Below, one piece after another: positions 36,449 to 48,325 of a DNA stretch of 64,000 bases. The DNA lies in NCBI GenBank assembly GCA_951406725.2, contig OX597814.1, positions 47,306,001 to 47,370,000 on the forward strand, given 5' to 3'. Position 1 is the first letter of the stretch. Each line of letters opens with the position of its first letter. The translations under genes and the position numbers were made by a program. Under the pieces are notes generated by a model. That model ran no database searches. It had not been told where the DNA came from and was given only the letters and a program-made list of their open reading frames with translations. The stretch is from Octopus vulgaris (taxonomy: Eukaryota).

Positions 36449-36672
36449 GGCGGTGAGCTGGAAGAATCATTAGAACACTAGACAAAATGCTTAGTGGTAT
36501 TTCACCCATCACTACATTCTGAGTTCAGATTCTGCTATGGTCAACTTTGCTTTTCGTCCTTTCAGGGTCAATAAATTAAATACCAGTAAAACACAGGGGT
36601 CGCTGTAATCAACTAGTTCCTCTCCCCTCCAAAAAATAATTTCAGGCCCCTTGTGCCTAGAGCAGAAAGGAC

Positions 36673-36714
<42 letters not shown>

Positions 36715-37190
36715 GGTGGCGAGCAAGCAGAGGCCTTAGCATGTCAAACAAAATGCTTAGCAGCATTTCGTCTGTTCTTACATTCTGAATTCAAATTCCA
36801 CCGAGGTCGACTTTGCCTTTTATCCTTTTAGGGGTTGATAAAGTATGTACCAGTGAAATACTGGGGTCAATGTAATCGACTAGAGTCCTTCCCCAAACTT
36901 TCAGGCCTTGAGCCTTTAGTAAAAAGGGTTATCATTACTACTACTGCTACTACTACTACAATCACTACTACTAGGGCTGTAGATTGGCAGAAACATTAGT
37001 CAGAAAGAATGTTTTGTGGTATTTCTTCCGGCCTTTATCTTCTGATTTAAAACCTCATCAACACTACCTTTCATCTTTTCAGGCTCAATAAAATAACGTA
37101 TCAGTCAATTACAGGGGTCAATACATTAGATGAACCCTGCCAAAAATAAAATTTCTAACATTGTGCCTAAACTAGAAACAATCATCATCA
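35940..37190 (+). mobile_element. Head-to-tail array of five family B SINEs separated by (ATT)n/(ACT)n
   Basis: Copies at ~35940-36145, 36186-36395, 36448-36672, 36714-36930 and 36975-37180, each ending in a trinucleotide tract. Confidence 0.85.
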
Positions 37191-37307
37191 TCATCAAAAA
37201 GTAAAATTGAAATTATTATTATAAAATGATTTTAAGAAGTTTTTTTTCTTTTCATTTATTTTGTATATATTCTCTTATTTATAACTTGTTATTTAATTTA
37301 CCTACAG

Positions 37308-37467
37308 ATTTCTGACAACACTTCGGGGTCATGTGACTCGAGTTTACCAAATTGCCTGGTCAGCTGACAGTCGCCTACTGTGTAGCTCAAGTGCTGACTC
37401 CACTATCAAAGTTTGGGACATGACATCAAAAAAGCTGTTACATGATCTCCCAGGTCATGCTGATGAG
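37308..37467 (+). CDS. NLE1: Notchless homolog (NLE1), internal exon (160 bp)
   Basis: cctacag|A TTT...GATGAG|gtaatt. Translates (K)FLTTLRGHVTRVYQIAWSADSRLLCSSSADSTIKVWDMTSKKLLHDLPGHADE. Its phase completes the AA| left by the previous exon. Confidence 0.97.
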
Positions 37468-37664
37468 GTAATTTCCCTCACTTTTATTGTAAATAAACAG
37501 TATCATATTAATTCTAACAGTTGCATTGTATGTTTCCAGAACATGGCAAACATATATTCATACACAACCATATTGTTTTTTGCTACTTTATGTTGTTTTC
37601 AATTTTTTAATGGTAAGTTTGGTGGTGGCTTTGACTGTGTAGCTAAGAAGTTTGCTTCACAGTA

Positions 37665-37708
<44 letters not shown>

Positions 37709-38269
37709 ATATTTTATTCCACACTGGTAGAAATATAAGAAAAATAGAAGTTGAAAATGCACTGAGAATAGTTAAAATACTTTCTATTAAAATATTTGAA
37801 GCTTTAACCGGTTTCACAGTTTACACTGATTTTCAAAAAGTTCAAATAGAAAGACATGGCTTATGTCGCAGCTGTCTTGCTTCTGATTAACGTTTGAAGC
37901 TTGCCTTGTTTTTATAGGGAGTTCATGGCTCAAATTAGTATATGTTTTGAATAGGATATGATTGGTAGAGGATAGCCATGACAGGTTTTAGAAATCATTC
38001 TAGGTTCCCTGCTACATCTGTGTGTTAGTATCAGGTGGCAATGTTTGGCATCATAAAATAAGGCTGACACAGTTAACTGAACAAGTCCAAATAATCAATG
38101 CTCTGAATGTTTTCTGTCAAATGTTTTTAGAGAATGAACACATGACTAAGTTTAAAACCTTTTGTACATTTCCTGCCACATGTAGCTTCCTCATGATAAG
38201 TGGCAGAATGAATTTTGTGTATGAATAGTTATATGTATATGTACTCTGTTAAAATTTGTTAAATCTTGG

Positions 38270-39665
38270 TTTGTACTTTTGTATGAAAATATTTTCTTTG
38301 TTTATCCGTGCGTCATCTTTGGTATTTGCTGAACATAGGTAGAATGGGAAGACCTGGAATTTGGGAGACATATTTTTTGCACATTTGTTTATCTGACCAC
38401 TCAGTGGGATCTGTCTAGTACTGGGGTCTCGTATTTGTTGTCAGTGAATGGCCAGTCTATTTCTTAGAGTAAGCTTTGTTTGACATATGTAATCTTCATT
38501 ACATTCTTGACATTTGATAGCATGTATTAAATTTCTTGAAGAATATGTAAAGTGATTTTTTTTATAATAAAAGTTTGTCTTGATTTGAATTTGTATGTTG
38601 TGTCATCAATAAGGTTGATGCAGGTCCCACAATTGGGTTTGTGACAATTATGCAGATTCTTTTTACTAGATTGAAGGGGATGTTATTCTTTGAGTATTTG
38701 GGATGGTATGAGGAGAATAGTAAGTATTGTTTAGAATCTGTTTGTTTGTAGTGAATATCTGTTTCAGTAATTTTATCTCTTGATGATTAGTATATCCAGA
38801 AATGGTGGTTGAGTTTTACTGTCTTCCATAGTAAATTTAATATTATTGTTTATGTTAATTAGATTTTTGAAACCTATAAGTTGTTCAAATGTGTACATCC
38901 TTAGGATTAGGTAGTTATCTAAGTAATGTTTCCAGTTTTCTTGTTGATATGTGTGGAAGTTCAAGCCATATATTAATTTAGATTGTTCATATATCTGAAC
39001 CTTCATGTATGCCATGACTAGATTGGCATATGTCAGAGCAACCTTTGTCCCCATCGCAGTCCCAGATATTTGTAAATATTGCCATCAGTGTCAAAAAGAA
39101 TTGTTTTCGAGGATAAACTTTAATACTTCAGTGATGAAACTCTTTTCAATTCTGTCTGGAATTTCATGAGGGAATTTCTCAAGCCAAAAATTTATTTCCA
39201 CTAGTCGATATTGATGTGAGATTGAGGTATATAGGTTTACCACATCTAAAGATACAATAGTGGTAGCGCTGTTTACAGATTTTGGGAGGTGGTTTAACAG
39301 GTCCAGATTGTTCCTCACAAGACTTGATATGTATTTTAAAATAGGCTTCAGTAACAGTAATATATATAAAAAGTCTGTGTGTTTCACAGTTCGGGCCTGC
39401 TACAAATGGTCTAAATTTAAGGTCAGTGGAATATTGTATGTTTATGCAACTTGAAGTTGGTTCTTTACATGCATTCTTAATAGTTTAATTCTTATGAACT
39501 TTGGGGAGACTGTAGAAGTAGCTGGTCTTGCAATCAAAGTGGGTTAGGTAGTCACATTCTTTGTTTGTTAAACCTTTTTGATGTCTGTGAATAAGTGTGT
39601 TCAGTTTAGTCATTGTCTTTGGTTTTTGGTAATTTACCTTTTTGTAGTGGGTCATATCTTGTAAC
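38270..39665 (-). mobile_element. Decayed Penelope-like retroelement (RT + GIY-YIG endonuclease) in an NLE1 intron
   Basis: RT motifs YSLPKVHK, VSLDVVNLYTSI, GTAMGTKVALTYANLVM, WKHYLDN and PFLDILI. GIY-YIG-like FTYSSRNLIHAIKCQECNEDYICQTKLTLRK at ~38460-38555. Confidence 0.9.
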
Positions 39666-40554
39666 ATAGATGGTGGTGGCGGCAGTAGCTGCTGCTGCTT
39701 CTTCACATGTTTCACTCTGTTGATCCAAAACTCAAATCCTGTGTGTTCAAACAATTCTTTGAAAAGTTTGTGTACTATCTCAATTAGATAGAAAGTTGCT
39801 GTAATCTAAAACTGAAGATTATCTTTTAATGGGTGCACCTAAAATGAAACCCTGAAAGTTAAACAGTACAAGCACTCACAAATCTAAACTTCCAAAAAAG
39901 TCACATTCAAACTTCAGCTTAGTAACCATTAAAAATCCCCTTTCCAAATTTATGATTATCTGTGCTATTACAAAGGGTGTGGTGTGTGTAAAATGAATGT
40001 TGGAATAGGATGTGTTTGATTTGAACTTTTGCTGTTTAACATTTGGAGGGAAGATAAGAGACAAAAGAATGTTTAGTGAGATACAGTACAGTGGGAGGAG
40101 AATTGGACAAAGCAAGTTTGGAAAATCAGTCATTCATTTCAGTAAAAGAAAAAAAGTATTAGGTGGATACAATGTAATATTTGGGTGAGAGGTTGAAATT
40201 TGTGGTACTGACTTTGCCTTTTAGGCAGATAAATGTTTCTGTAATATTAGGGAGACTGAGGTAAGTGTGCCATTCTAGATATCGCACTAGTACACCATTA
40301 TAAAATATCATTATAAAGGTCTCTCCGTGGATAAAGTTCTTGTCAGCAGTGAAAAACCAAACTTTATCTCACCAATATTTCTCTTCGAGATAGTGTTCCT
40401 ATAGAAGAGACCAAGGTTGTGTAGGCGTTGTTATATTTCCATTTCTGAGGATGATTGATTTGAGGTAATGAAGTGATTGTATTTTGGACCATTATCTCAT
40501 GATCGTGTTACAATTATGTAATGTCTATAATATTTTAATATTTGGAATCTTTAA

Positions 40555-40770
40555 AATGGTAAACTGGCAGAATTGTCAGCACGATGGGCAAAATGCTTAG
40601 TGACACTTCATCTATCTTTATGTTCTGAGTTCAAATTCTGCCATGGTAGTCTTTGCCTCATTCTTTCAAGGTTGATAAAATAAGTACCAGCTGAACACTA
40701 AGGTTGATGTAATCAACTTACCTCCTCCCCTTGAATTTTCTGGCCTTGTGCAAAAATTAGAAACCAATGT
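40555..40770 (+). mobile_element. SINE family B
   Basis: AACTGGCAGAATTG..AAATGCTTAG..TTCTGAGTTCAAATTCTGCC..GATAAAATAAGTACCAG. Confidence 0.8.
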
Positions 40771-41643
40771 TTGCAGGTTTTCTCAGAACATAGTAAGAGA
40801 CTATGCTTCTTAGCTACAAGTTCACTCATTCTAATCTAGAAAGTACATATTTGCAAATATCTTCTAGATGTTAGTCTTGCATTTTCACTAAAGCATTGTT
40901 TTGTATGATAGCATAATAGTAATAAAAATACTAATGATAAAACAATGAAATTATCTTGCCAGTTAGTGATTAGCAAGTCTCAATCAGAATCGTTCTCCAC
41001 ACCACTTAAGACAAATGGAACATTATTGGATTTATCCTAAATATTTTACATGTTTTTCTGAGCTAGCATAGATTAGCTAATTATGAAAATCTGCATATTT
41101 GCATAAATTATCAGAGTAATTCATATCTTACGTTAGAGTTAGAAAAGGAAACAAGTAAAATAGCATTTTATTTTAAAAGAGAAAACAATACAATGTCAAA
41201 CAACTAAATCTTTTCAATTAAGCTTCATTGTTTTATATTATTAATATCAAAATAATTATAATGGCCTTAGTTAATTCTTAATTAAACAAATAATTATTTT
41301 GCTTTCAAAACATTTCTTTTTCCCAGCTCAGTAATGGAGAACACTACACTGAGTGTCATTGTTGTTGTCGTCGTCGTCATCATCGTCATTTTCAATCCAC
41401 TCTCCATGTTGACATGGTGAAACAAGTTCTAGTTAGTTATTATTTGAAGTTGCAGACTTCCTAAATGTGTCAGGGAACTACATCTCATTTATGTTTTATC
41501 TAACATGATTTCTACAGCTGGATGCCCTTCATAAACCAACCACTTTTTTTTAAATGCATTTTATCATAGTACCAACACTAAAGAAGTTGTTGTCTTCTCA
41601 ACAGAATAAGACTAAAGGATTAGCTGATCCCTATTATGACTCT

Positions 41644-41915
41644 GTGGAGGCGTGTGGCTTAGTGGTTAGGGTGTCAGTATCATGATCATAAAATTGTGGT
41701 TTCGATTCCTGGACCGGGCGACGTGTTGTGTTCTTAAGCAAAACACTTCATTTCACATTGCTCCAATCCACTCAGCTGGCAAAAATGAGTAACACTGCGA
41801 TGGACTGGTGTCCCGTCCAGCTGGGGAACACATACGCCATTGAAACTGGGAAACCGGGCCCATGAGCCTGGCTAGGCTTTAAAAAGGGTGCATTTATTAA
41901 AAAAAAATTTTTTTT
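41644..41915 (+). mobile_element. tRNA-derived SINE family C with V-domain-like core, 10 bp TSD
   Basis: A box TGGCTTAGTGG, B box GGTTTCGATTCC, core CTGCGATGGACTGGTGTCCCGTCCAG. TSD TTATGACTCT at 41634-41643 and 41916-41925. Partial copies at ~50536-50655 and ~52333-52525. Confidence 0.85.
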
Positions 41916-42476
41916 TTATGACTCTACTAATTCACCAATGAGACTGATAGATTGGGTTAAAGAGAATGGCTGAAGAGGTGAACCCAGATGGAAAGAAGAA
42001 AGAAGAGTATGGTGAAAGGAATAGAATAGTTGGGACATTGAAATCTCTGTTTTTATGACACCATTTATGACACTGGATGTTCTGTTTTCCTTTCTCTTTC
42101 AGTTTTTCTTCAATCTGCACCCTCTGTTTCTCTCACATAACACATACACACTCTTTCTTACTCATCTCCCTTCGATGAGAGAAAATAAGACTAATCAGTT
42201 ACATGTTTACTAATGAGAGAGAGAGAGATTTGATGCAATTCATTGTTATTCAAGCAATGTGATAGGCGAATTAGAGGTGTGGTGAGATAAATGTGGTGCT
42301 AGAAGGTGAGAGTGAATAAAGATAGATCTAATATATTTTATTTTACTTATGGCATGATACACTGAATAGGAGAAAGAATGATAAGAGAGATGAGAGAATA
42401 TTGAGTAAGCAAGTATTTCTTGAGTAATATTATAATTAACTAACCATGTTTTTATGTTTGTTTTCATTGTTTTTAG

Positions 42477-42547
42477 GTTTATGCTCTTGACTGGAGCCCT
42501 GATGGTCAACGTGTAGCTAGTGGCAGTAAAGATAAAACACTAAGAAT
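42477..42547 (+). CDS. NLE1: Notchless homolog (NLE1), penultimate coding exon (71 bp)
   Basis: ttttag|GTT...AGAAT|gtgagt. Translates VYALDWSPDGQRVASGSKDKTLR(I/M), the last WD40 repeat of NLE1, in phase 0 after ...GHADE. Confidence 0.95.
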
Positions 42548-44014
42548 GTGAGTATTTTATCTATTAGATTTTATTCCTTTCACTTAAAGCCACCATTTTT
42601 CTTTCTTCGTTTTATTTATTTATTTCTTTGTTTGTTTCCAAATAAAATATTTGCATTAATGCTGTTTGGATGGCAGAATATATATTTTGAAATGTTTCAA
42701 CTTTATATGTTTTTTTCATCACATATATTTCAAATTCTCCATGTTTGTATTTTTGGATTTTATGTAAAATTCTGAAGTTCATCATCATTGTCAGACTGAT
42801 TCCATTCAGTAGCTGTTACTCATGAGGTACCCCTGCTGCTTCTATTACATTCATCCAAATTCTAATTCATCCAAAATGCAATCACGCCACTGCCTCTCCC
42901 AAGATGGCATAAAGATAAGGTGGGCAACTGATAGCAGTGATTTGTGTGGTCAAATCAAATCTTGAATCACTTCTAGTTCTCACAAATGTAGTGTCTGCTG
43001 TTGTTGTTGTTAAGCAACAAGACGAGTAAGGGTGATTAGGTGATGGTCTAGGGCTTAGGGGCAGGAGACCCCAGACCTTGGAAAAAAAAAAACTTTGGTC
43101 ATCTTGTAGTCAAGGGCTCTTCGTTGACGCCTGACACCACTGGGAGGTAGCCCTCGAAGTCGCTGGAAATGGAGATCTCCTGGTCCAAATTCTTGACTGG
43201 CAGTGTCTGCTGTTGGAATGATCTCTACATCAAATGTTTGTGGTTTTTGGGTGTGGTCAACTTCTGTTTATAATGCTATGGATTCATTGATTAGTGCCAG
43301 CTCAACCCATTCAAGATGTTCTGACACAAGTACAAGTCATTGTGACATAATAATCCAGTGTATATTAATGGGTTAGTCTTCTAACTGATTAACATACATG
43401 TTGGATAATTATGTAATTATACATTTAAAAAAGCTAAAAACAGGTGATAATCATCTGTTTCTATCTCTTCTTGCATAAAACTCTGTTTAAATTATTAATT
43501 ATTTTATCTAAACTTAGTGAGTCATAAACAAACTAGGGATTGCTGAACAATGAGATGTTTTCATTCTCAAAATATATGAGCAATAAATGGAAGATACAGT
43601 TTGAATTGTATATAACTTTGCTTTATTCATTTTATACATATATCTTTCTTTTAATGTGTATCTTCATTGAATATGTATGCTCTTGCTATTGTTAACCATT
43701 CAATTTTTGTCAGTTTGGTAACATATGAGTTATGTATACAAGGCAATCACTAAAATGAGATTTCAACTTGCAACTATATATATATATACATATATATATA
43801 TAATTGTTTTAAGCCAACACAATGTAAGTTATTAAAAATTAATAATACTGGTCAATGGTTTGTACTTTTACCTTGTATTTCATTATATCGGGGTTAAGAT
43901 CCTGTCTTCGGTATATCTACAGATTGAAATAGAGGAAAGTACAAACTATTGACCTGTATTAATTGCTTATTATTTGCATTTTTTTTTGTTTAAAAAAAAA
44001 AAAAAATATATATA

Positions 44015-45100
44015 TCCTTTATCTTTTACTTGTTTTGGTCATTTGACTGTGGCTATTTGACTGGGGCACTGCCTTGGCAGGGTTTAGTTGAACAAATTGA
44101 CCCCAGGACTTATTTTTAAAGCTTGCTATTTATTCTATCAATCTCTTTTGCTGAACTGTTGAGTTACAGGGATGAAAACACACCAACACCAGTTTTCAAA
44201 CAGTGGTGGGGAATAAACACAGACACAGAGACACACACATTGATATATACATATATGTGTATACGACTGTGCTGGTATGGACATGTGTTGATGAGGACAG
44301 CTGTGTGAAAAAGTGTCACATCCTAGCTGTAGAGGGGAACCTGTGGAAAAGGTAGACCCAGGAAGACCTGGGATGAGGTGGTGAAGCACAATCTTCAAAC
44401 ATTGGACCTCACAGAGGTGATGACAAGTGACCGAGACCTTTGGAGATATGCTGTGCTTGAGAAGACCCGGCAAGCCAAGTGAGACCGTAACCGTGGCCTA
44501 TGCCAGTGCAGCATAACCAGCCCATTTAAGAGTACTCTTCAATCATTGGTCAATAAACTGTGCTCGCAGAGACCTGTTGAGTCAAGTGAAGTCATTGTCA
44601 TGGCCGATGACAGTACCACCTGATTGACTCCCATGCCAGTGGCACATAAAAAGTACCATTCAAGCGTGATTGATGCCAGTGCCACCTGACTTGCTCCCAT
44701 GTTGGTGGCATGTAAAAAGCCCCATTCAAGTGTGTTGATGCCAGTACTGCCTGACTGGCCCTCGTACCGGTAGCATGTAAAAAGCACCCACTATACTCTT
44801 AGAGTGGTTGGTGTTAGGAAGGGCATCCAGGTGTAGAAACTTTGCCAGATCAGATTGGAACCTGGTGCAGCCTTCTGGCTTGCCAGCTATCAGTCAAACT
44901 ATCCAACCCATGCCAGCATAGAAAGTGGACATTAAACTACAATGATGGGCTTCTTTCAGTTTCCATCAACTAAATCTACTCACAAGGCTTTGGTCAACCA
45001 GAGACTATAGTAGAAGACTCTTTCCCAATGTGCCACACAGTGGTACCCAACCTGGAACCATGTGGTTGGGAAGCAAGCTTCTTACTACACTGCCACGCTT
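44015..45100. mobile_element. Nested: family A SINE (-) split by an RTE 3' end (+, ~44260-44945)
   Basis: SINE halves at 44015-44250 and 44945-45100. The insert encodes RLCWYGHVL...GRPRKTWDEVVKHNL and carries a 3' UTR with ~50 bp tandem units. Confidence 0.82.
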
Positions 45101-45164
45101 TCACCTTTCTAATGTTAATGGTATCAGATTATCACCTTTCTAATGTTAATGGTATCAGATTATC
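45101..45164. repeat. Perfect 31 bp tandem duplication
   Basis: TCACCTTTCTAATGTTAATGGTATCAGATTA occurs twice. Confidence 0.9.
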
Positions 45165-45505
45165 CTAGTTGATAATGGTGTGAAAGAAGACATAATTTTT
45201 CCTACTCCTTTCTCTTTCTATTTTGCTGTTGCTGTCGCTTATGCTTTTCATGGATCTACTATTGGGTGTCTATCTAAGGTTCTGAACTTCTGGTAAACTG
45301 TTTAATCTGAATCAGTTGAGATTTAAATCTAAGGTCTTTGAGGGAGATTTTGCGTGATTTGCAATATGCTGGCAGTCAACTTGGTGTTTCATTCAGAACA
45401 AATTATGAAACTGTTAATGAACAATTTTTCTAGAGCTTGTTCTGCATATGGGTTCACTTGTCTAACAAAGACTAAAGTGATGTTGACACCAGTACCTGGA
45501 GATGG
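45165..45505 (+). mobile_element. RTE/BovB-type RT fragment (different lineage from the other RTE copies)
   Basis: GVKE..FPTPFSFYFAV, TSGKLFNL, and FHSEQIMKLLMNNFSRACSAYG...LTKTKVM. Confidence 0.65.
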
Positions 45506-46791
45506 GTTAATGGAAAATAAATTCTTTGTCTCTTTTTAAAATTTGTTTATATTTATAAAAATTATTGAAGTTTTACTCTTTATGAATTGGACAGCTAATT
45601 TTTATGTTTGAGATGGATGTATTTGTGTGTACACACAAAGTCTATAGTTCTCATTTGGTATTAGTGGCTTTGAGCAAGAAGAAGAAGACTGAATGCTAAC
45701 TTTTAATATTCAGCCATTTGGCTGGTTTTCTTTTACCCTCTACCCAATGCAGAACTAAAATTTCAAAAATGCTGGGTGTTTTGGCTAGTATTCTATAATC
45801 TTATAATCTCTAGGGCTCTATAATCTTAGAGATATTTAAATCATTTGTAAAATATATTAAAAGTACGTTTAGGTTTGACAGTGTAGAGGTAGGTGGTTGT
45901 GTGCTAGTGCTTAATGAAAAGAAATGAAAACAGTAGCTAAGAAATGGCATTATTCAGTGTTGGAGAGGAGATTAGACATGGATTCAATATTCTGTAGCTA
46001 ATGAAGACAATGGATATTCAAAAGTTGCATTCAAATTCTTGGCTATTTTGGGGAAAACCAGATTATTTTGGTGCTCTTTATACTTCAGTGACATAATTGT
46101 AGTAATGTCAATAGTGTTAACATAAATATCATCAATTTCACCAGTTTTAGAGAGCATGTACAGGCCATAAGCCCAGATGAAATTATTGAAATAAAAGTTG
46201 CAGTTGAAGAAAGCAGAAGAAATATAGACAAAAATCATACAGCTTGAAAAGTTCTTTGCATCACTGCAAAGGATCTCGATGTGCATTGAGAAATGCAAGG
46301 CTAAAATCCAGACAGTAAATGTAGATTTGGTGTGTATTAGAAGTTAATAACAATGAGGGGATTGTAACCATTTAATTGTCAATACTACCACCATCTTTAA
46401 AAAAAATCAAACAAAAGAATTCAATACAGAAATCTTTTCTATATTGTTTTGTGTGTGCATTGCCTGTTTAGATTGTTTGATCTTTAATACGTCTTGATTA
46501 TTTTAGTACATACTTGAACATGAAAGCTTCATAATCTCCACTTCACACAACTGTACATTACATAATAAAATGTAATAGAACCAAATTTAAACAGAGCAGT
46601 ATGAATGTAAGATCAGATAAAAGCTAAATATATTTATATAGTTGTTTGATATCTAGCTTTGATTTCATTAATAAAACAGAAATTGTTATTAAAAACTGAA
46701 AAGATGCAATGTCATTAAAGAAAATTTGTTTTCAAGTCAACAGTATCATTTTTTATTATTATTATCATCATCATCATCATCATTATTATTA

Positions 46792-46989
46792 AAGTGGCGA
46801 GCTGGCAGAGCTAGCACTCTGGGCAAAATGCTTAATGGTATTTTGTCTGCCACTACATCCTAAGTTCAAATTCCACCAAGGTTGACTTTGTCTTTCATCC
46901 TTTCAGGGTCAGTAAATTAAGTACCAATTAAACACTGTCAATATGGTACCTCTGAGAATTTTGACATTTGTGATGCAAGTAGATGAGGT

Positions 46990-47020
<31 letters not shown>

Positions 47021-47371
47021 GAAATAATAATAATGATTTCATTTATTTTCCGCCAGGGTAAAGATGAGGGAGACAATACGGTGAAAATGAAGGGAAATAA
47101 ACATAGTATACAAAGGTTAAAAAGTGGGGTTGATAGAGATGTAACAATAATAAGTATTATTTCACATTTTTGCTACAAGGGCATCATGGGGGAGGTGGGG
47201 ATGAGTTGATTACATTGACCCCAGTGTTCAACTGGTACTTATTTTATCAACCCCAAAAGGATGAAAGGCAAAGTCAACCTCGGTGGAATTTGAACTCAGA
47301 ATGTGGCGACAGCTGAAATACTACCAAGCATTTTGCCCAATGTGCTAACAATTCTGCCAGCTCACCACCTT
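46792..47371. mobile_element. Two family B SINEs in opposite orientation (46792-46975 +, 47160-47371 -)
   Basis: Both carry the family B head and core and are separated by an (AAT)n-containing spacer. Confidence 0.8.
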
Positions 47372-47403
47372 AAAAAAAAAACAAAAAAAAAAACAACAAC
47401 AAC

Positions 47404-47434
<31 letters not shown>

Positions 47435-47848
47435 GTAGTGGCAATCTAGTGTTTCTTATGGAGTGGTGTCTGTTAGGAGATATACAAACTGTTATGTTTA
47501 ATAAAATTAAAATAGTTTAAAGTTCTCCAGCACTGTAGTGAAGAAAAGAATTATTTAGATGTGAACTCAGTTTTGTCTTCTCATTAATGGGGTGGAGTAA
47601 AAATATTTGGTAAAGGTTCTGCATCTACAAATAAACATGCTACTATATATAAACTGATGTTATGTATCAGGTTGAATTTTATTTAATACTAGTTATTTCA
47701 GCAAGAAGAGACCACTTTATATTTCAATAAAAATATTCCATTATCAAGATTTTAGAAAAATTCAGTAATTATTTTTGTTTATTTCTATAAATTCATGTTA
47801 GGTTTTTACACACACATATATATATATATAGAGAGAGAGAGAAAGAAG

Positions 47849-47879
<31 letters not shown>

Positions 47880-48129
47880 GCACATACACACACACACACA
47901 CACAATTAGTATTTACTAGTTAAAAGGTGCATTCCAGAAGTTTTAAGATTTTTCAGGAGAGACATTAATTTCAATGAAGTACAAGATTCTAATCTCCAAA
48001 GCATAACAGCATTGTTATGAAAAATTTAGCTATTTCATGAGCACTTTGAATTCCTGATTTAGAAGGACTTTCATTCATCTATGTTATTATTGCTGTCCTC
48101 TGATCAAATCTTTTCTGTGTTGCTAGGTT

Positions 48130-48325
48130 GGCAGTAAGCTGTCAGAATTGTTAGTGCACTGGGCATTCTGTCCGTCTTAACATTGTGAGTTCAAATTCTG
48201 CCATGATCAACTTTGGCTTATTTTCAGGGTTGATAAAATAAGTACCAGTTGAACACTGGAGTTGATGTAATCAACTTACCCACTTCCCCAAAATTGCTGG
48301 CCTTGCACCAAATTTTGAAACCATT
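48130..48325 (+). mobile_element. SINE family B
   Basis: GAGTTCAAATTCTGCC..GATAAAATAAGTACCAGTTGAACACTGG..TTGAAACCA. Confidence 0.75.

Noticed and set aside
35940-37190. Regularly spaced repeats resembling a CRISPR array
   Set aside because: Eukaryotic context, ~200 bp diverged SINE units with microsatellite spacers, and no cas genes.
42904-42931. Possible NLE1 terminal exon (aag|A TGG CAT AAA...TGA)
   Set aside because: Weak AAG acceptor, and the encoded WHKDKVGN* does not match the short WR(R/K)* end expected for NLE1.
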